Position numbers and translations under genes: made by a program
The notes under the pieces: generated by a model
What the model was told of the DNA's origin: nothing
Seen by the model: only the letters and a program-made list of their open reading frames with translations
Database searches by the model: none
Part shown: piece by piece, positions 63,258-64,000 of the stretch
How the letters are laid out: every line of letters starts with the position of its first letter
Numbering within the stretch: position 1 is the first letter of the stretch
Virus record (IMG/VR): IMGVR_UViG_3300005259_000074
Span: 160,001-224,000 of that record
Strand: one strand, 5' to 3'
Length of the DNA: 64,000 nucleotides
Origin: a virus
Taxonomy: Duplodnaviria > Caudoviricetes

Positions 63258-63596
63258 GTGATGTCCGGTGAAACGATAGACGTAGAAGCGATCGTCAGTG
63301 AGAGTGAAGTGATAAAATCCAAAGAACCTCAAGTTCTCGTAGCTTCTCCCAAGAAGAACTGCAAGTACTGCAACGGAAAAGGCACCGTCATCTTACTGAA
63401 ACCCAACACGTTCTCAGTCAGCAAGCTCAACGGCGATAAGAAGACTATATTCAAATCTCCTCGTGAATTGACACCGTGTCACTGCCTCATCAACGCGATG
63501 AACAATGCGACAAGCAAGGACCTCAAGCTGAACAGCTTGAAGAACAAGATGAAGTTCAAGACGACCGACGATGGCGTCTTGACGGTGGTGATGTAG
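63258..63596 (+). CDS. Zn-binding hypothetical protein
   Basis: CKYCNGKG...PCHC. Confidence 0.6.
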   Translation: MMSGETIDVEAIVSESEVIKSKEPQVLVASPKKNCKYCNGKGTVILLKPNTFSVSKLNGDKKTIFKSPRELTPCHCLINAMNNATSKDLKLNSLKNKMKFKTTDDGVLTVVM

Positions 63597-63599
63597 ATC

Positions 63600-64000
63600 A
63601 TGGCACAATTCTATAACATTCTGTTATACCCCGCAGATTCGTCAGGTTGCGGTCACTACCGGATGAAATTTCCAGCATGGGCGATGCAGACTGTCTTCAG
63701 AGACATACGCTTCATCGACTCCATGAAATTGATAGGCGATAAGAATTTCTACAGAGACATCCGTGTCGTCCGTCTTCAGCGACAAGTTGCCGATGCCCAA
63801 GCTGAGTTCTTTTTGAAGTTCTTAAAGCCTCTCTGCGACTCGATGGGTGTTTGGACAATGTACGAGATCGATGACGTCGTCGTGTATGACGATCTTCCCG
63901 CTTACAACTGCGCTAGGGACGCATTCAACAACAAGACATTCTTTAAGAATGTTGGTGACATTCTTGCTGGAGTCGACTTCATCACTGTAACATCAGAGAG
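63600..64000 (+). CDS. Glycosyltransferase (GT-B-like), truncated by window end
   Basis: Hand-translated MAQFYNILLYPADSSGCGHYRMKFP...RLQRQ...YEIDD...DFITVT. Confidence 0.7.
   Translation, partial: MAQFYNILLYPADSSGCGHYRMKFPAWAMQTVFRDIRFIDSMKLIGDKNFYRDIRVVRLQRQVADAQAEFFLKFLKPLCDSMGVWTMYEIDDVVVYDDLPAYNCARDAFNNKTFFKNVGDILAGVDFITVTSE

Noticed and set aside
1-64000. Genome-wide stop-codon reassignment
   Set aside because: Conserved genes end at TGA, TAA and TAG at expected lengths; only one in-frame TGA was seen
1-64000. CRISPR array, transposase or integrase
   Set aside because: No regularly spaced direct repeats and no DDE, TnpB or recombinase motifs were seen

Overview
This is a 64 kb segment of a large T4-like (probably jumbo) tailed phage. 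No structural genes lie in this window. Four zones are visible. (1) 1-9.9 kb and 15.8-26.8 kb hold accessory genes driven by TTTACA-N16-TAnnnT promoters: a DUF2201-type metallopeptidase, a MoxR-like AAA ATPase, ThyX, a KamA-type radical SAM enzyme, a sigma-70 factor, a C26 amidohydrolase, antitoxin fragments and many small proteins with a shared C-terminal signature. (2) 9.9-15.5 kb is a minus-strand RNA cluster. It holds about 22 canonical tRNAs, three tandem circularly permuted tRNA-like genes punctuated by CCA-tailed minihelices, two multi-arm CCA-ending tRNA-like RNAs, a tRNA with an extended anticodon arm, a ~350 nt structured RNA, and embedded Pth2, NADAR, HicB-like and BrnA-like genes. 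(3) 27.7-57.9 kb is a minus-strand glycosyltransferase cluster followed by T4-like replication genes (primase, NrdJ, clamp, SSB, ligase, helicase, UvsX, PolB). It also carries a cytosine-modification and sugar cluster (dCMP-hydroxymethylase-type TS, dNMP kinase, C5-MTase-like, BGT-like GT, NTP transferase-kinase, Rpe, SIS, HAD). (4) 58.1-64 kb holds a gp55-like sigma, gp47/gp46 and more glycosyltransferases. All calls come from reading motifs and base pairing by eye; no database search or folding program was run.
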